Virus record (IMG/VR): IMGVR_UViG_2889178456_000001
Source: a virus
Reading direction: 5' to 3' (one strand)
DNA length: 64,000 bases
Every line of letters starts with the position of its first letter. Position 1 is the stretch's first letter. Shown here piece after piece: positions 1-9,671 of this stretch. The notes below the pieces were generated by a model that was not told the DNA's origin, searched no databases, and saw only the letters and a list, made by a program, of their open reading frames with translations. The position numbers and the translations under genes are program-made.

Positions 1-636
1 TGGGGAAATCACGAAGCCTATAAGAACAACTATACCCTACTGAGAAAGCGCGAAGCCGACCGCCTGTTGAATCTACGTGCGTCCGGCATGGATATCCGCG
101 TGCTTCACGGAGAGGCTACGCAGGTCTCTGGTGTGACTGTTATCGGTGCATCTATGTGGACAGACTTCAGTCTCTATGTGGGAATGGAATTCCAGGCCAA
201 ACAGATTGCAAACCAACAAATGAATGATTTTCATAAGATCCGCATTGGCGAACGCGCCCGCCATTTGACGCCCAATGACATGGCTGATCTCTATGCCGAA
301 GATAAGGCTAGGGTCACAGGGCTCCTAGAGGAGCACAAAGACGATGTAAGAGTGGTTATGACGCACTACATGCCGTCCGAGGCTTGCATTCACCCCGCCT
401 ATAGGGGTGACCTCCTCAATGCGTCATTTGCCACGAACCTAGAGCCTCTCATCTGGGATCAGGGTCCTAACTTTTGGATCTTTGGACACACCCATCAGGG
501 TCTGGAGACGGATATCGATACCCCGCATGGCACGACCAGGCTTCGGCATAATCCGCGTGGATACCCTCACGAAAAATCGGCGTTCAACCCGCATCGAATT
601 ATCGATACCGACGACCCAGAACGCAAGTTTTTGTAA
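1..636 (+). CDS. Calcineurin-like metallophosphoesterase, 5' end outside the window
   Basis: Frame is open from base 1 (WGNHE motif, in frame with the track ORF at 67); later motifs THYMP and FGHTH. Confidence 0.85.
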   Translation, partial: WGNHEAYKNNYTLLRKREADRLLNLRASGMDIRVLHGEATQVSGVTVIGASMWTDFSLYVGMEFQAKQIANQQMNDFHKIRIGERARHLTPNDMADLYAEDKARVTGLLEEHKDDVRVVMTHYMPSEACIHPAYRGDLLNASFATNLEPLIWDQGPNFWIFGHTHQGLETDIDTPHGTTRLRHNPRGYPHEKSAFNPHRIIDTDDPERKFL

Positions 637-764
637 GTATTTCTCATTGCTGAGAAAATATGTCGTGCAAACACTGTCAAATCTTACGGGTTTTTAGCTA
701 GCTACCAGCGGCGCCTTAGTTACTGCACTATCTGATTTCTACAGGCACAACGGAAATCAGAAGA

Positions 765-1328
765 ATGGAGAATAAGGCGCCGGTAGTTAAGTTTCTAATG
801 ATGAGTGGCTGCATTTCCCTGCCTTTCCTGGCAGCTGCGATCATCACGAGAGGAATCTATGTTCCCCTGCAAATTGGGTTCCTTGGAAGCGACATACCGG
901 CGCTCTTAGACTTCAGACTGGCTTTGACAATCTTGTGTCTGTTCGCACTTGGCCGCAAAGCTACCTTAGGTGTGCTTTGCGGCTACGCGACTTCTCTTCT
1001 AATTTATTCTCGTGACCTACCCGAAACTTCATCTCTGGTAGAAATATGGATCCCCCTCGTCCCTGCTCTAGCACTGCTAGCATGTCAGTGGATGGCGCCT
1101 GCGATCTGCGTTCAGACCGGTGTGCGTTCGACTCTGAGGATGATGCTGGGAGCCGCCGGACTGGCGGGTGTTACGCACGCCGCATTTTTGTTGCCGACCC
1201 TTGGAACCTTACTGGCCCTGAGGACTTCTATACTCGTTGCCTTTGGGGAGATGGCCGGGTTCTTCGTGCTCATAGCCTTCGGCGTATTGATCTTAAGGCT
1301 TGAGAGGCGTCAGAATGTCTGTACCTGA
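765..1328 (+). CDS. Multi-pass membrane protein (possibly MASE1-like sensor)
   Basis: 187 aa with about five hydrophobic segments; family is a guess. Confidence 0.5.
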   Translation: MENKAPVVKFLMMSGCISLPFLAAAIITRGIYVPLQIGFLGSDIPALLDFRLALTILCLFALGRKATLGVLCGYATSLLIYSRDLPETSSLVEIWIPLVPALALLACQWMAPAICVQTGVRSTLRMMLGAAGLAGVTHAAFLLPTLGTLLALRTSILVAFGEMAGFFVLIAFGVLILRLERRQNVCT

Positions 1329-1342
1329 CGCCTCTCACTCTT

Positions 1343-1885
1343 TTAGATAGCGCGGTAACCCAACACCCGGTTCAGCGGGAAGTAAGAGATCCCTACTTTG
1401 CCGTTGTTGTCGGGACCTTCGTTATTACCACCAAGGACACCTACAAAGTAGCGGCCGTTGCGATCCTGGACGAAGCGATGGAAGAAGCCAACGTGTCCGC
1501 CCGACCCACGGCTTAGGACGACGAGGTCGCCTTTCTTGGGTTGTGCCACAGGTGTACCCATTTTCAAGAAGTCACGCGCCCACAGGCTGTTCAGAGGCTG
1601 TTTGCCCGCTTTAACCAGCATGGCGTCGACAAATCCGGCGCACCATGGCGTCTTAACTGGATCAACTGGGCGACCAATCGTTTGGCGGAATAGCTCAGTT
1701 AATTCACGACGGTCGTAATCTTCACTTTTCCCGTAGTAGGTAGCCGCGTGCTCGTAGTGATCATAGGGTGCCTTAATGACGATCCGCTCGCGCCCAGCCT
1801 CTGCGGGCATAGCAGACATCAAAAAAGAGATCGAAAGCATCAGTGCCAGTGCGCAATGCCACACCTTACGTGTAAAAATATTCAT
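1343..1885 (-). CDS. TIGR02594-family NlpC/P60-like putative peptidoglycan hydrolase with signal peptide
   Basis: TPWCAGFV, WARDFL, GDLVVL, GHVGFF, VLGGN motifs; start set at MNIFTRK, followed by a hydrophobic leader ending AEA. Confidence 0.8.
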   Translation of the reverse strand: MNIFTRKVWHCALALMLSISFLMSAMPAEAGRERIVIKAPYDHYEHAATYYGKSEDYDRRELTELFRQTIGRPVDPVKTPWCAGFVDAMLVKAGKQPLNSLWARDFLKMGTPVAQPKKGDLVVLSRGSGGHVGFFHRFVQDRNGRYFVGVLGGNNEGPDNNGKVGISYFPLNRVLGYRAI

Positions 1886-2097
1886 TAAGTTTATCCTTGT
1901 GTGCGTATAAGTACCAAGGACGAACATTAGCCAATACATCTTAATTCTTGATTAATATAAGAGGTAAATTGTATACCAACCTGCACTTATCTAGGCTTAT
2001 GCATTGAGCATGATGGAAAGGAACCTAGCTGGTTGACAGCACACCTAGATTTGCTAAACGACCTACTAACGAGGGTCGGGCAACATAGCTGACCTTA

Positions 2098-3699
2098 TTG
2101 AAAGGCCTCTACGTGGTAGAAATAATATCGAAAACTCCTCAAGCTGGAGATGTGTCGAAGCCGATCATGGGGTTGCTGCGCGCCCGCATTCCCGTCGTCC
2201 TTTTTGGAGCGGATGGGGAAATTACGAATTCGAACGTTCACTGGGGCGGACTTCAGGCAGGCTTGGGGGCATCCAACTTTGAGCTGCGCGCCTTGCTGAT
2301 CGCCCTGTTCAGTGAAAAAGTAGGAGAGCTTGAAGAAGCAGAAGACGCTTCAAGCCACGAAGTGCCCATGCACATCCAAGACATTATGATTCCGCGTTAC
2401 AATACGATCTTGGTAGCCAGAATGGACGAGCCTGAAGGGCAGCCCGCCGATGGCTTTGCGGTAGCCCTGATGAACACGCATACCAACACGCATGATGAGC
2501 AATTCAACAGGGCATGGGAGGCGATGCGCTTCCTGTCACGGCAGGACCAAATGTTCACCGTTTATCATTGGAAAATATACGAGGAGGATGGCGTCAGAAA
2601 GTTTTTCGCTACTGAGAACTTCGTAAATGAGAAGCGGGTCCGTAAGGCACACTCTGTTGTAACCGACCTCGAGACTATTGGTGATCAGATCACCATTTAT
2701 AACCACGACGAATTCCAAAAATACATGGCCGATCTCGCCGGTACCCGTAAGAAGGATAGCATGATTGTGCACCTCCATAGTGTGAAGGGGTACGATAAAT
2801 ACTACAATATTACGGGCCAAGGGGTAGCCACCCCGGGGCGAAATGACCTTTGCGAGGGGTTGGCCGTAGACATCACCGACCGTGTGTTGGCAAAAGAAGC
2901 TCAAGAAAGTCGCGCCAGGATGACCCTGTCCCAGTTTACAATGCTGGGCTTGTCGCTGGAGTTCTCCAATATGGTGACCACGATGGAAGGTACCATGGCC
3001 ATGCTGGAGCCTGAAGACATCAAAGAGATGTCTCGCGAAGAGCTTCTGACTGAGGTTGAAGATCTCAAAAACCAAGTGCAACGCGGCCGCGCCATCTCTA
3101 AAGCTCTTCTCAAGCTGACCAAAAACAATGTCGAGACAGAAATGTCTCGAGTCCTCGTTCAGGATGATATATCTGGGGTCCGCCTTACAGATAGCTGCTG
3201 TGCGCGCATTGCAGGGACGTTGGATTCAATATCTCCAGGATACGAAGTCGAATTTACCAAGTTGGTTGACGAGCGCACTGTACTGCCAATGACGGAGGTC
3301 CAGTTTAATGGCGCCGCACTAAGTATGGTTTCCAACTCTTTCCGAGCCATGAAGGATCGCCGAGAGCAAGAGGGTGATGACTATATCCCTCTTCTGAAGG
3401 TTAAAGCAGAAGTGCTGGACCGGAACCCGTTCATTGAGGGTGGTGATCGCAAGAAGCTTGGTGACGGTGAGGGTATCTTCACCTTTACTGTCGAAGACAA
3501 CGGCGTTGGGATGAGTTCCGATGTCGTGCGTTCGGCCACCCACCCCTATTTTACGACAAGCCCAGAAACAAATATGGGTATGGGACTCACCACACTCCAG
3601 CAGCTCGCAAGCTCGTACTTGGGTAATATATCGATCAAATCACGGCCAGGTAAGGGAACTAAAGTAACCTTTTGGCTGCCCATTAGGACAGATTTGTAA
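2098..3699 (+). CDS. Histidine-kinase-like ATPase (HATPase_c) with degenerate H-box
   Basis: N box (SMVSNSFRAM), G1 (VEDNGVGM), F (HPYFTT), G2 (GMGLTT); H-box position reads SLEFSN. Confidence 0.8.
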   Translation: MKGLYVVEIISKTPQAGDVSKPIMGLLRARIPVVLFGADGEITNSNVHWGGLQAGLGASNFELRALLIALFSEKVGELEEAEDASSHEVPMHIQDIMIPRYNTILVARMDEPEGQPADGFAVALMNTHTNTHDEQFNRAWEAMRFLSRQDQMFTVYHWKIYEEDGVRKFFATENFVNEKRVRKAHSVVTDLETIGDQITIYNHDEFQKYMADLAGTRKKDSMIVHLHSVKGYDKYYNITGQGVATPGRNDLCEGLAVDITDRVLAKEAQESRARMTLSQFTMLGLSLEFSNMVTTMEGTMAMLEPEDIKEMSREELLTEVEDLKNQVQRGRAISKALLKLTKNNVETEMSRVLVQDDISGVRLTDSCCARIAGTLDSISPGYEVEFTKLVDERTVLPMTEVQFNGAALSMVSNSFRAMKDRREQEGDDYIPLLKVKAEVLDRNPFIEGGDRKKLGDGEGIFTFTVEDNGVGMSSDVVRSATHPYFTTSPETNMGMGLTTLQQLASSYLGNISIKSRPGKGTKVTFWLPIRTDL

Positions 3700-3859
3700 A
3701 TTCATAAAAAAATCACTTCGAGAGAGCTTCGGTAATTCCGTGGCTGCGACTAAGTGTGCCAAAAACTTACAAAATTAGCACTTTCTGAATTCCAGTTTTC
3801 GACAACATGTTCCCTACGGTTCCGCTCGTGGGGATGGGTGGAGCCTGTTGTAAGAAAAA

Positions 3860-4273
3860 ATGAAAACTAGGAAAGCAGATTTTATGAAAAATGACATTAT
3901 CCAAGGGTTGGCTAGAGTGCGAATGCTGATGGCGCAATGGGATGACAAGCTGAAGCTTTCTTCTCGTTTCAATCAGAACCAGATCGACATTCTTCTTGCC
4001 ATGAAAGCACTAGAGGAAATCTATGCTTCCAATGGTGGCCGCAAGGGCATTCAGAGCGGAGAAGTCAAGAATTCTGCCATCTGCAAAACGATGTCTCAAA
4101 GCACCTATAATCGTGCCCTGAAAGGACTTTTAAAGGACGGCTATATGCTTGAGGTTCCGCGCTCCAATGGACGCTACTATCTCAACCCAGATAAGCCGTT
4201 GACGGCATCCGCAGATCTTCCCGATGAGGAAACATCAGACTTACTGGCGTTTTCCGGTCGCTTGGGAATGTAA
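3860..4273 (+). CDS. Putative winged-helix DNA-binding protein
   Basis: MSQSTYNRALKGLLKDGYM helix followed by wing-like GRYYLN; similar pattern in ORF 29565..29882. Confidence 0.5.
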   Translation: MKTRKADFMKNDIIQGLARVRMLMAQWDDKLKLSSRFNQNQIDILLAMKALEEIYASNGGRKGIQSGEVKNSAICKTMSQSTYNRALKGLLKDGYMLEVPRSNGRYYLNPDKPLTASADLPDEETSDLLAFSGRLGM

Positions 4274-4301
4274 CCACCCTACAATCAATCTTATAAAAGA
4301 G

Positions 4302-4339
4302 ATAAGGGCGCCAAGCATGTGGAATGTAGGCGCCCTTAT
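4302..4339. terminator. Inverted repeat between convergent genes, probable bidirectional terminator
   Basis: ATAAGGGCGCC-N16-GGCGCCCTTAT, perfect 11-bp stem. Confidence 0.6.
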
Positions 4340-4357
4340 TGTTGTGTTAGTGTAACC

Positions 4358-5446
4358 TTAATTGCCGAGATGTGCGACGTCGCTGTATAGGCGATCAGCG
4401 TTCTGCGCCATAACGGCATTATCTCTAAACCCAAGACCATCTTGATTACTCCAGGACAGCTTGACCTCGTTTCCGTATTCATCCTCATACTGGAAGTCAG
4501 CTATCACTTCTGATTGGGATCCATCAGAGCAATTTCTCGCAACCCTACATTGCTGCACGGCGGCCTGGACAGTCGGGGCAATATGATGCTCAAAAATTTC
4601 CTTCGCATCAGTTTCATCCATGCCATCGAGCTTGGATATCTTCGAGATAATGCGCTCAAGGCTCACTGCATCGACGCCAGGTAGGTCTCCTTCCAAGTCA
4701 GTGGATGCGAAAATATAACTTCCGCCATCTGTCCTGATTGCCTCAATCCCACTCAGGGCAAGAAGCTCTCTGGTATTGGGGCCGATCCCGTCCATAGAAT
4801 TCAGATACTCGGTTGCAGAAGCCTGGTCGTTGCTTGGACTGCTCAAGGCATGCACACCGCTGAAATCGTCGACCAATAGAAGGGCGCCAGCAAACAGTGC
4901 TACCTGCGGAGCTACCTTAAATGCCAAAGCCCTCTTAAGGCGTTGCATGGGGCGCTTCTTGCCTTCAGGTGACTTCCCTGCCTGTGCACCGATGCTTCCT
5001 CTGCCGAGGAAACGAGATATGATACCGGTTTCGGGGGCCCGGCCGGTCTCTTTCTGAAAGTCAGCGTCGATCTGCTCAACCCAATCATGGACTTCAGCGC
5101 GGGCGGCCGTGTACTTAGCTTCAAGCCCCTGCATTCTGACTTCTGATTTTTCGAGTTCCTTCTCAACGCGACTGTACTCTTTATCGTCAGCCCGAAGCTT
5201 TGACCTCTCATCGACAATCTCTTTGTTGATCCTATCCCGCGCCTTCAGGAGGCTATTGATGGATTTTTCGCTGTCGAGATTTAGCCTGCGCTTCACTTCG
5301 GTCTCGCCATCCAGCAGCTCAGCAATCCTGTCCTTACGTGTTTGAGCCTGCACTTCAATCTCATCACGACGAGCAATAAGAGTGTCATAGCGAGCCCTCT
5401 CATTTTGTATGGAGGTTATTACCGATTTTAGTTTATCGCTTTTCAT
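4358..5446 (-). CDS. Hypothetical protein: N-terminal coiled coil, central transmembrane segment
   Basis: 362 aa ORF; charged heptad-like first 130 aa; hydrophobic VALFAGALLLV. Confidence 0.65.
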   Translation of the reverse strand: MKSDKLKSVITSIQNERARYDTLIARRDEIEVQAQTRKDRIAELLDGETEVKRRLNLDSEKSINSLLKARDRINKEIVDERSKLRADDKEYSRVEKELEKSEVRMQGLEAKYTAARAEVHDWVEQIDADFQKETGRAPETGIISRFLGRGSIGAQAGKSPEGKKRPMQRLKRALAFKVAPQVALFAGALLLVDDFSGVHALSSPSNDQASATEYLNSMDGIGPNTRELLALSGIEAIRTDGGSYIFASTDLEGDLPGVDAVSLERIISKISKLDGMDETDAKEIFEHHIAPTVQAAVQQCRVARNCSDGSQSEVIADFQYEDEYGNEVKLSWSNQDGLGFRDNAVMAQNADRLYSDVAHLGN

Positions 5447-5596
5447 ATTATTTCCTGCCGTTCCCTATATCTGAGATAGGCAGAGCTATGAAATTATCGC
5501 TTAAATTTGGTAGCCGTGAAGCCCATTACGTACGGTCATCATTATTTAACCATTCACATTGTATGCTTTGCAAAAAGCTATCTATGGAGATGCCAA

Positions 5597-6103
5597 ATGG
5601 ATCGGAAGACAAGGAATAAGGTGGCGAGAGAGACGCGAATGCTTTTTGCCCCCTACCACGCGATGATTGGAGTTATCATCGCACTTCCGGTTCTGTTTAT
5701 GACCTCTCTCAGCGCGGGGATCGATCCAGCTCTTATGGAAGGTGCAATCTTTAACGCACTTGGATACTTGGTTGCTTTCAATATCGCATGGCTGGTGCTT
5801 TCAATAATCAGGGTCAGAAGATCCATAAAGCAAGCGGCCGAAGACCAACAAGTTGAGCCTCATCTATCGAAAGCCAAAGCCCATTATGGGAAGCACCTCC
5901 ACATGGATGAAAGCGGCATGATTGTCGTTCATTCAAAGAAAGCGGTCCCGCCCAAGCCGACAGGGAACCTAAAAACAGACTATCTGAACCGCCGAGATTA
6001 CATGGCCACTCGCTTGGATGAGATGGAGGAAACCGATCCCAGCTTGGCTCGTTCAGGAAGACGCATTTTAGGTCTGGTTAAGAAAGAGGATACAGAAACC
6101 TAA
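5597..6103 (+). CDS. Hypothetical membrane protein
   Basis: ATG after GGAG; two hydrophobic helices. Confidence 0.6.
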   Translation: MDRKTRNKVARETRMLFAPYHAMIGVIIALPVLFMTSLSAGIDPALMEGAIFNALGYLVAFNIAWLVLSIIRVRRSIKQAAEDQQVEPHLSKAKAHYGKHLHMDESGMIVVHSKKAVPPKPTGNLKTDYLNRRDYMATRLDEMEETDPSLARSGRRILGLVKKEDTET

Positions 6104-6190
6104 AGAAAGGATGTGCGCCACTATGCTTGTAGAGCATTGACAGACTGCCTTACAACAACAATATTATATGTATTACAAGGAGATAATATT

Positions 6191-6436
6191 ATGGGAAGCA
6201 TTACTGGATCGAAGCGAGCAGAGCGTCGTCATCATCGTGATCGTATGAAAGCGAAAGCCAGGCGAATTGCATCTCAAAGCGCTCACTTGGACCCTGATAA
6301 CTTCTCAAAACTCCATGATCACCTTGCATATTGCTCTTGCCATATGTGCGGCAATCCCAGAAAACATTGGAATGAGCTAACCATGCAAGAGAGAAGACAA
6401 GAAGCCGTTCTTAAGGAAGCCCGCAAGTTTGCCTGA
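6191..6436 (+). CDS. Small basic hypothetical protein with CSCxxCGNPR motif
   Basis: AAGGAG RBS before ATG; Arg/His-rich N-terminus; Cys cluster. Confidence 0.6.
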   Translation: MGSITGSKRAERRHHRDRMKAKARRIASQSAHLDPDNFSKLHDHLAYCSCHMCGNPRKHWNELTMQERRQEAVLKEARKFA

Positions 6437-6530
6437 TCGGGTAATGGTCTGATTTCTTTTCGTTAAAGCTATACTTGGCAACGTACTGAGGTTCTGTGTA
6501 GAATCATCCCACTAGAATGCGGGGGATGCT

Positions 6531-6884
6531 ATGAGATACGATTTGAGGCCGACCTTTAATAGGATACGGGTTCTCCAGTTCCTAGATGGTCAGGATCTAT
6601 CCAAAGTGCGCGCACTGTCGGCAGCTGACATAGGCGAGCAGGCTTGCCCGCAAAAGATATCGAACGCGAGGGCTTGGGGATCTAGCCAGATACGGTCTCT
6701 TCGACAGCACGACTTAGTAGAGCGCGCAGGCCGAAATGCTAGAGGTCATGACACTTGGGTGATTACAGGAAAAGGCGAAGATTACTTGATCAATCATGCC
6801 GATATCATAGCGTATAACCACTGGCATTCACCATGGCCAAGATCGCAAACCTGCATGGTCAGAAAAATTGTCAACGAAGCATGA
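6531..6884 (+). CDS. Hypothetical protein, possible winged helix
   Basis: 117 aa ORF; IRSLRQHDLVER...WVITGKG pattern. Confidence 0.5.
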   Translation: MRYDLRPTFNRIRVLQFLDGQDLSKVRALSAADIGEQACPQKISNARAWGSSQIRSLRQHDLVERAGRNARGHDTWVITGKGEDYLINHADIIAYNHWHSPWPRSQTCMVRKIVNEA

Positions 6885-6891
6885 TTTGCCC

Positions 6892-6920
6892 TTGACTATA
6901 GAGCATGTATATTCTAGGTT
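6892..6920 (+). promoter_or_regulatory. Candidate sigma70 promoter for the tRNA pair
   Basis: TTGACT-N17-TAGGTT about 45 nt upstream of the first tRNA. Confidence 0.45.
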
Positions 6921-6966
6921 ATTCATAACGCAGCGGCTAGTGTCGCAAGGAGAAATATAGAGTTTC

Positions 6967-7043
6967 GCGCTTGTAGCTCAATTGGTTAGAGCACCCCGCT
7001 CATAACGGGTAGGCTGTAGGTTCAAGTCCTACCGGGCGCACCA
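6967..7043 (+). tRNA. tRNA with CAT anticodon (Ile2/lysidine type or elongator Met), CCA encoded
   Basis: 77 nt; acceptor GCGCTTG/CGGGCGC, D arm GCTC/GAGC, loop CTCATAA, T loop TTCAAGT. G1-C72 is paired, so not an initiator. C4-G69 and C29-G41 favour Ile2. Confidence 0.92.
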
Positions 7044-7069
7044 AGATTGTTGATTGTTTTCAGCAGTTT

Positions 7070-7146
7070 GGTCCCTTAACTCAGCTGGATAGAGTTCCTG
7101 ACTTCTAATCAGGATGTCGTAGGTTCGAGTCCTACAGGGATCACCA
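7070..7146 (+). tRNA. trnR: tRNA-Arg(TCT), CCA encoded
   Basis: 77 nt; acceptor GGTCCCT/AGGGATC, anticodon stem CCTGA/TCAGG, loop CTTCTAA, A20 Arg identity base, GTTCGAGT T loop. Confidence 0.95.
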
Positions 7147-7153
7147 TTTTACG

Positions 7154-7188
7154 GCGGGGTAGCAAGAATAAATTGCTACCCCGCTTTT
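7154..7188 (+). terminator. Rho-independent terminator after the tRNAs
   Basis: GCGGGGTAGCAA-N7-TTGCTACCCCGC followed by TTTT. Confidence 0.8.
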
Positions 7189-7191
7189 CGT

Positions 7192-7509
7192 TTGAAAGGG
7201 AGATATTTATTCATGGGTGTTTCAGAGATATCCACCAAGGGTTTGGTTTTCGATTATATTAGCGGGCATTTTCCGGTTCAGTCCGAAGGAAGCATTGATC
7301 GAAATCCGTTCTGCTTTAGAGCAAGAGGAAACCGGTGGAGTATTTCAGTTGGTCGCAAGTCCAATGGCGCCCCTCTCTGGGAGTACGAAGAGCCTTACGG
7401 TGCCGAGCCTTACGCAGCAGGTGCGATGGATACACTGGAAGCCCGAGAGTTAGTCCTGATGGCGGCCGAAAAGTTTCGCGAGTACATGATGGCCCATAAA
7501 TCTGCGTGA
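7192..7509 (+). CDS. Hypothetical protein
   Basis: 105 aa ORF in the track; exact start uncertain. Confidence 0.55.
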   Translation: MKGRYLFMGVSEISTKGLVFDYISGHFPVQSEGSIDRNPFCFRARGNRWSISVGRKSNGAPLWEYEEPYGAEPYAAGAMDTLEARELVLMAAEKFREYMMAHKSA

Positions 7510-7787
7510 TTTGGAAATCATATTTTCTTGCGTATCGGAGGCTACTTTTGCCTCAAGCAGTCCATTCATAAGGATCCAAAAAATGTCTGAAGACAACATG
7601 CAAAGCTACAAAGTCGTCGTTCGCGAGACGCGTGTGGTTGAAGTCGAATACACCATCGAAGCTGGTAGCGAAGCAGAAGCAGAAGCTATGGATCTGGCGG
7701 GGGCCGGTGAGACCATTAGAGAGCAGGATATTCGTACCATGAACTACTCCACCCTAACCTGACGGTTCAGGATGGAGTTTCCGGGAC

Positions 7788-9023
7788 TTACGCCCCGTGG
7801 TCGGTTCCCAACCAAGAAACAGGTTTACCCTGCTGCTCTAAGCCCCATCTAAGCATGGTTGCAGCAGCAGCGTGATCTCTTGAGATTACGCTGCCATCTG
7901 GCAGCTCATGCGACCGATCTTGAAGCCTCTTCTTCACAGTGGCGCCCGAAACAGGGCAGCGTTGTGAGGGCTTCAAGGATCGAGTGGGCGCTATAATTAA
8001 CTCACAACCAGCTTCTTCCGCTTTGTATGTGAGGGCTTTCAAAAATGCAGATGGTGATGTGTCGAGAATTTCTCGATTCAAACCAGATTTTTGCGCGACG
8101 TTCCTGCCTGGAGCTTCTTCAGTCCCTTTGGCAGAACGAGTCATATTCGAGACAGTCAGACTTTCTGTCACGATCATCTTGTTATGCTTGACCAATTGCG
8201 ATGTCAGCTGATGAATATGGTTCTTTCGACGATTGGCGAGCTTCCTGTGGCGCTTCGCTAAGACACGCTTATGACGTTGGGCTCGCTTGGATCTTTTACC
8301 TCTTAAAGCCTTCGAAAGGTCGCGTTGAGCGTCTTTCAGATCTTCACTGGACTGCTGCCACAGCCGCTCATTCTTAACCTCTTGAGCCTCGCTACTTTCA
8401 ACACCCCAAGCCAGTGTTGCATATGTCTCAACGCCCCAGTCCAGACCTAAGGCAGGACGAGCATCTGGAGCAATTTCTCGATGTGTTTCACACTCCAGAA
8501 CCACAGACGCCCACCAGCCGTCAGATTTTCTCGTAATCGAGCAGACTTTCGGTCGGCCAGGAGTTCGTGCCTCACCCCTGATCTTGATTGTTCCGACACC
8601 AGATAGGCGCAGTCTACCATGGCGAAAACCCTCACCAGGCTTCAAGGTCCATCCATCGCCGTGACTTTTATAGCCCCATCCGCTAAACCTATCCTTAGAT
8701 TTGAAGCGCGGAAAGCCTGCCTTGCCGCTACCCTTTTTAACCCTGCGAAAGAAATGCTGATATGCTTCATCAACCCGCTTCAGTGTAACTTGCAAGGATT
8801 GAGCATTGATCGACCGATACTCAGGATCATCAGCTCTAATTTGAGTGACAGATTTTTCCTGATCTCCTTTGCGAATGGAAATTTCATGCTTTTTGTAAGC
8901 GTCCATTCGTTCTTGCAGAGCAGCATTATATAGCGCCCTGTGATTATCGTGCAGGCGTTCCAACTGCACGATTTGGGCGCTTGTTGGATACAGCTTGTAT
9001 GTGACGCGTCTTTGGTCCATCAT
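7788..9023 (-). CDS. tnpB: TnpB RNA-guided nuclease
   Basis: RRVTYKLYPT N-terminus, GFPRFKS, RuvC GLDWG / VTESL / SRDHAAA; start set by alignment with copy 2. Confidence 0.93.
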   Translation of the reverse strand: MMDQRRVTYKLYPTSAQIVQLERLHDNHRALYNAALQERMDAYKKHEISIRKGDQEKSVTQIRADDPEYRSINAQSLQVTLKRVDEAYQHFFRRVKKGSGKAGFPRFKSKDRFSGWGYKSHGDGWTLKPGEGFRHGRLRLSGVGTIKIRGEARTPGRPKVCSITRKSDGWWASVVLECETHREIAPDARPALGLDWGVETYATLAWGVESSEAQEVKNERLWQQSSEDLKDAQRDLSKALRGKRSKRAQRHKRVLAKRHRKLANRRKNHIHQLTSQLVKHNKMIVTESLTVSNMTRSAKGTEEAPGRNVAQKSGLNREILDTSPSAFLKALTYKAEEAGCELIIAPTRSLKPSQRCPVSGATVKKRLQDRSHELPDGSVISRDHAAAATMLRWGLEQQGKPVSWLGTDHGA

Positions 9024-9030
9024 CTTAGTT

Positions 9031-9447
9031 ATGTCACCAGAATCCAAATTTTACAAGCTAAATCATAGTATTTACGCACTACACTATCATTTAGTTCTCA
9101 CGACAAAATACCGTCGCAAGGTGATTAACGGACCTATTTTGGCTCGCATCGAACAATTGGTGAGGAGAAGAGCAGAAGATTGGGGTGGCGAGCTTTTGGA
9201 GATGAATGGCGAAGCTGATCATGTGCATTTGCTTTTATCTTTACCACCAACCATGGATTTGACGAAGTTCATCAACAACGTGAAGACCACGTCTTCACGT
9301 GTCATTCGAAATGAATTTTCTGATCATGTGAGTAAGTTTTACTGGAAGTCTGTTTTTTGGTCTCGCACATATTGCCTTGTGAGTTGCGGCGGTGCGCCGC
9401 TTTCCATCATCAAGCAGTATATCAAGAGACAAGATCGGCCAGATTAA
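9031..9447 (+). CDS. tnpA: IS200-type HUH (Y1) transposase
   Basis: HYHLVLTTKYRR, ADHVHLL (HUH), FWSRTY, IKQYI catalytic Tyr. Confidence 0.95.
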   Translation: MSPESKFYKLNHSIYALHYHLVLTTKYRRKVINGPILARIEQLVRRRAEDWGGELLEMNGEADHVHLLLSLPPTMDLTKFINNVKTTSSRVIRNEFSDHVSKFYWKSVFWSRTYCLVSCGGAPLSIIKQYIKRQDRPD

Positions 9448-9671
9448 TCGTTACATAATCCGCCTTCACCACCACCCTGAGGCTGCGCCTCTAGGATGGT
9501 GCACTAGCGTCGGGTCGGTAGATTTTTTATCTGCGGTCATATTCATCACTCCTGTGCACTATGAGTGATGTGGGAGTCATGGTTTAAATTACCGTTTTCC
9601 ATTCATCCAAAATTAGCCACCTTTAATCAAATGGCTGAGCCTCTATAGGCCGTTCCGGATTAGTACTCCGT

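Larger units (their letters stand above)
7739..9517 (-). mobile_element. IS200/IS605-family element copy 1 (divergent tnpA and tnpB), about 1.78 kb
   Basis: Homologous to 19485..21263 with matching ends. Minus-strand right end ...CTCCATCC..GGGTGGAGTAGTTCAT, left-end hairpin CACCATCCT..AGGGTGGTG, no target duplication. Left boundary uncertain by a few nt. Confidence 0.92.
7583..9568 (+). pseudogene. Small hypothetical gene split by IS605-type copy 1
   Basis: Joining 7583..7738 to 9518..9568 gives ...EQDIRT-VDFLSAVIFITPVHYE* in frame. Confidence 0.6.

Noticed and set aside
6967-7043. Initiator tRNA-fMet
   Set aside because: Has a paired G1-C72 and lacks the GGG/CCC anticodon-stem signature.
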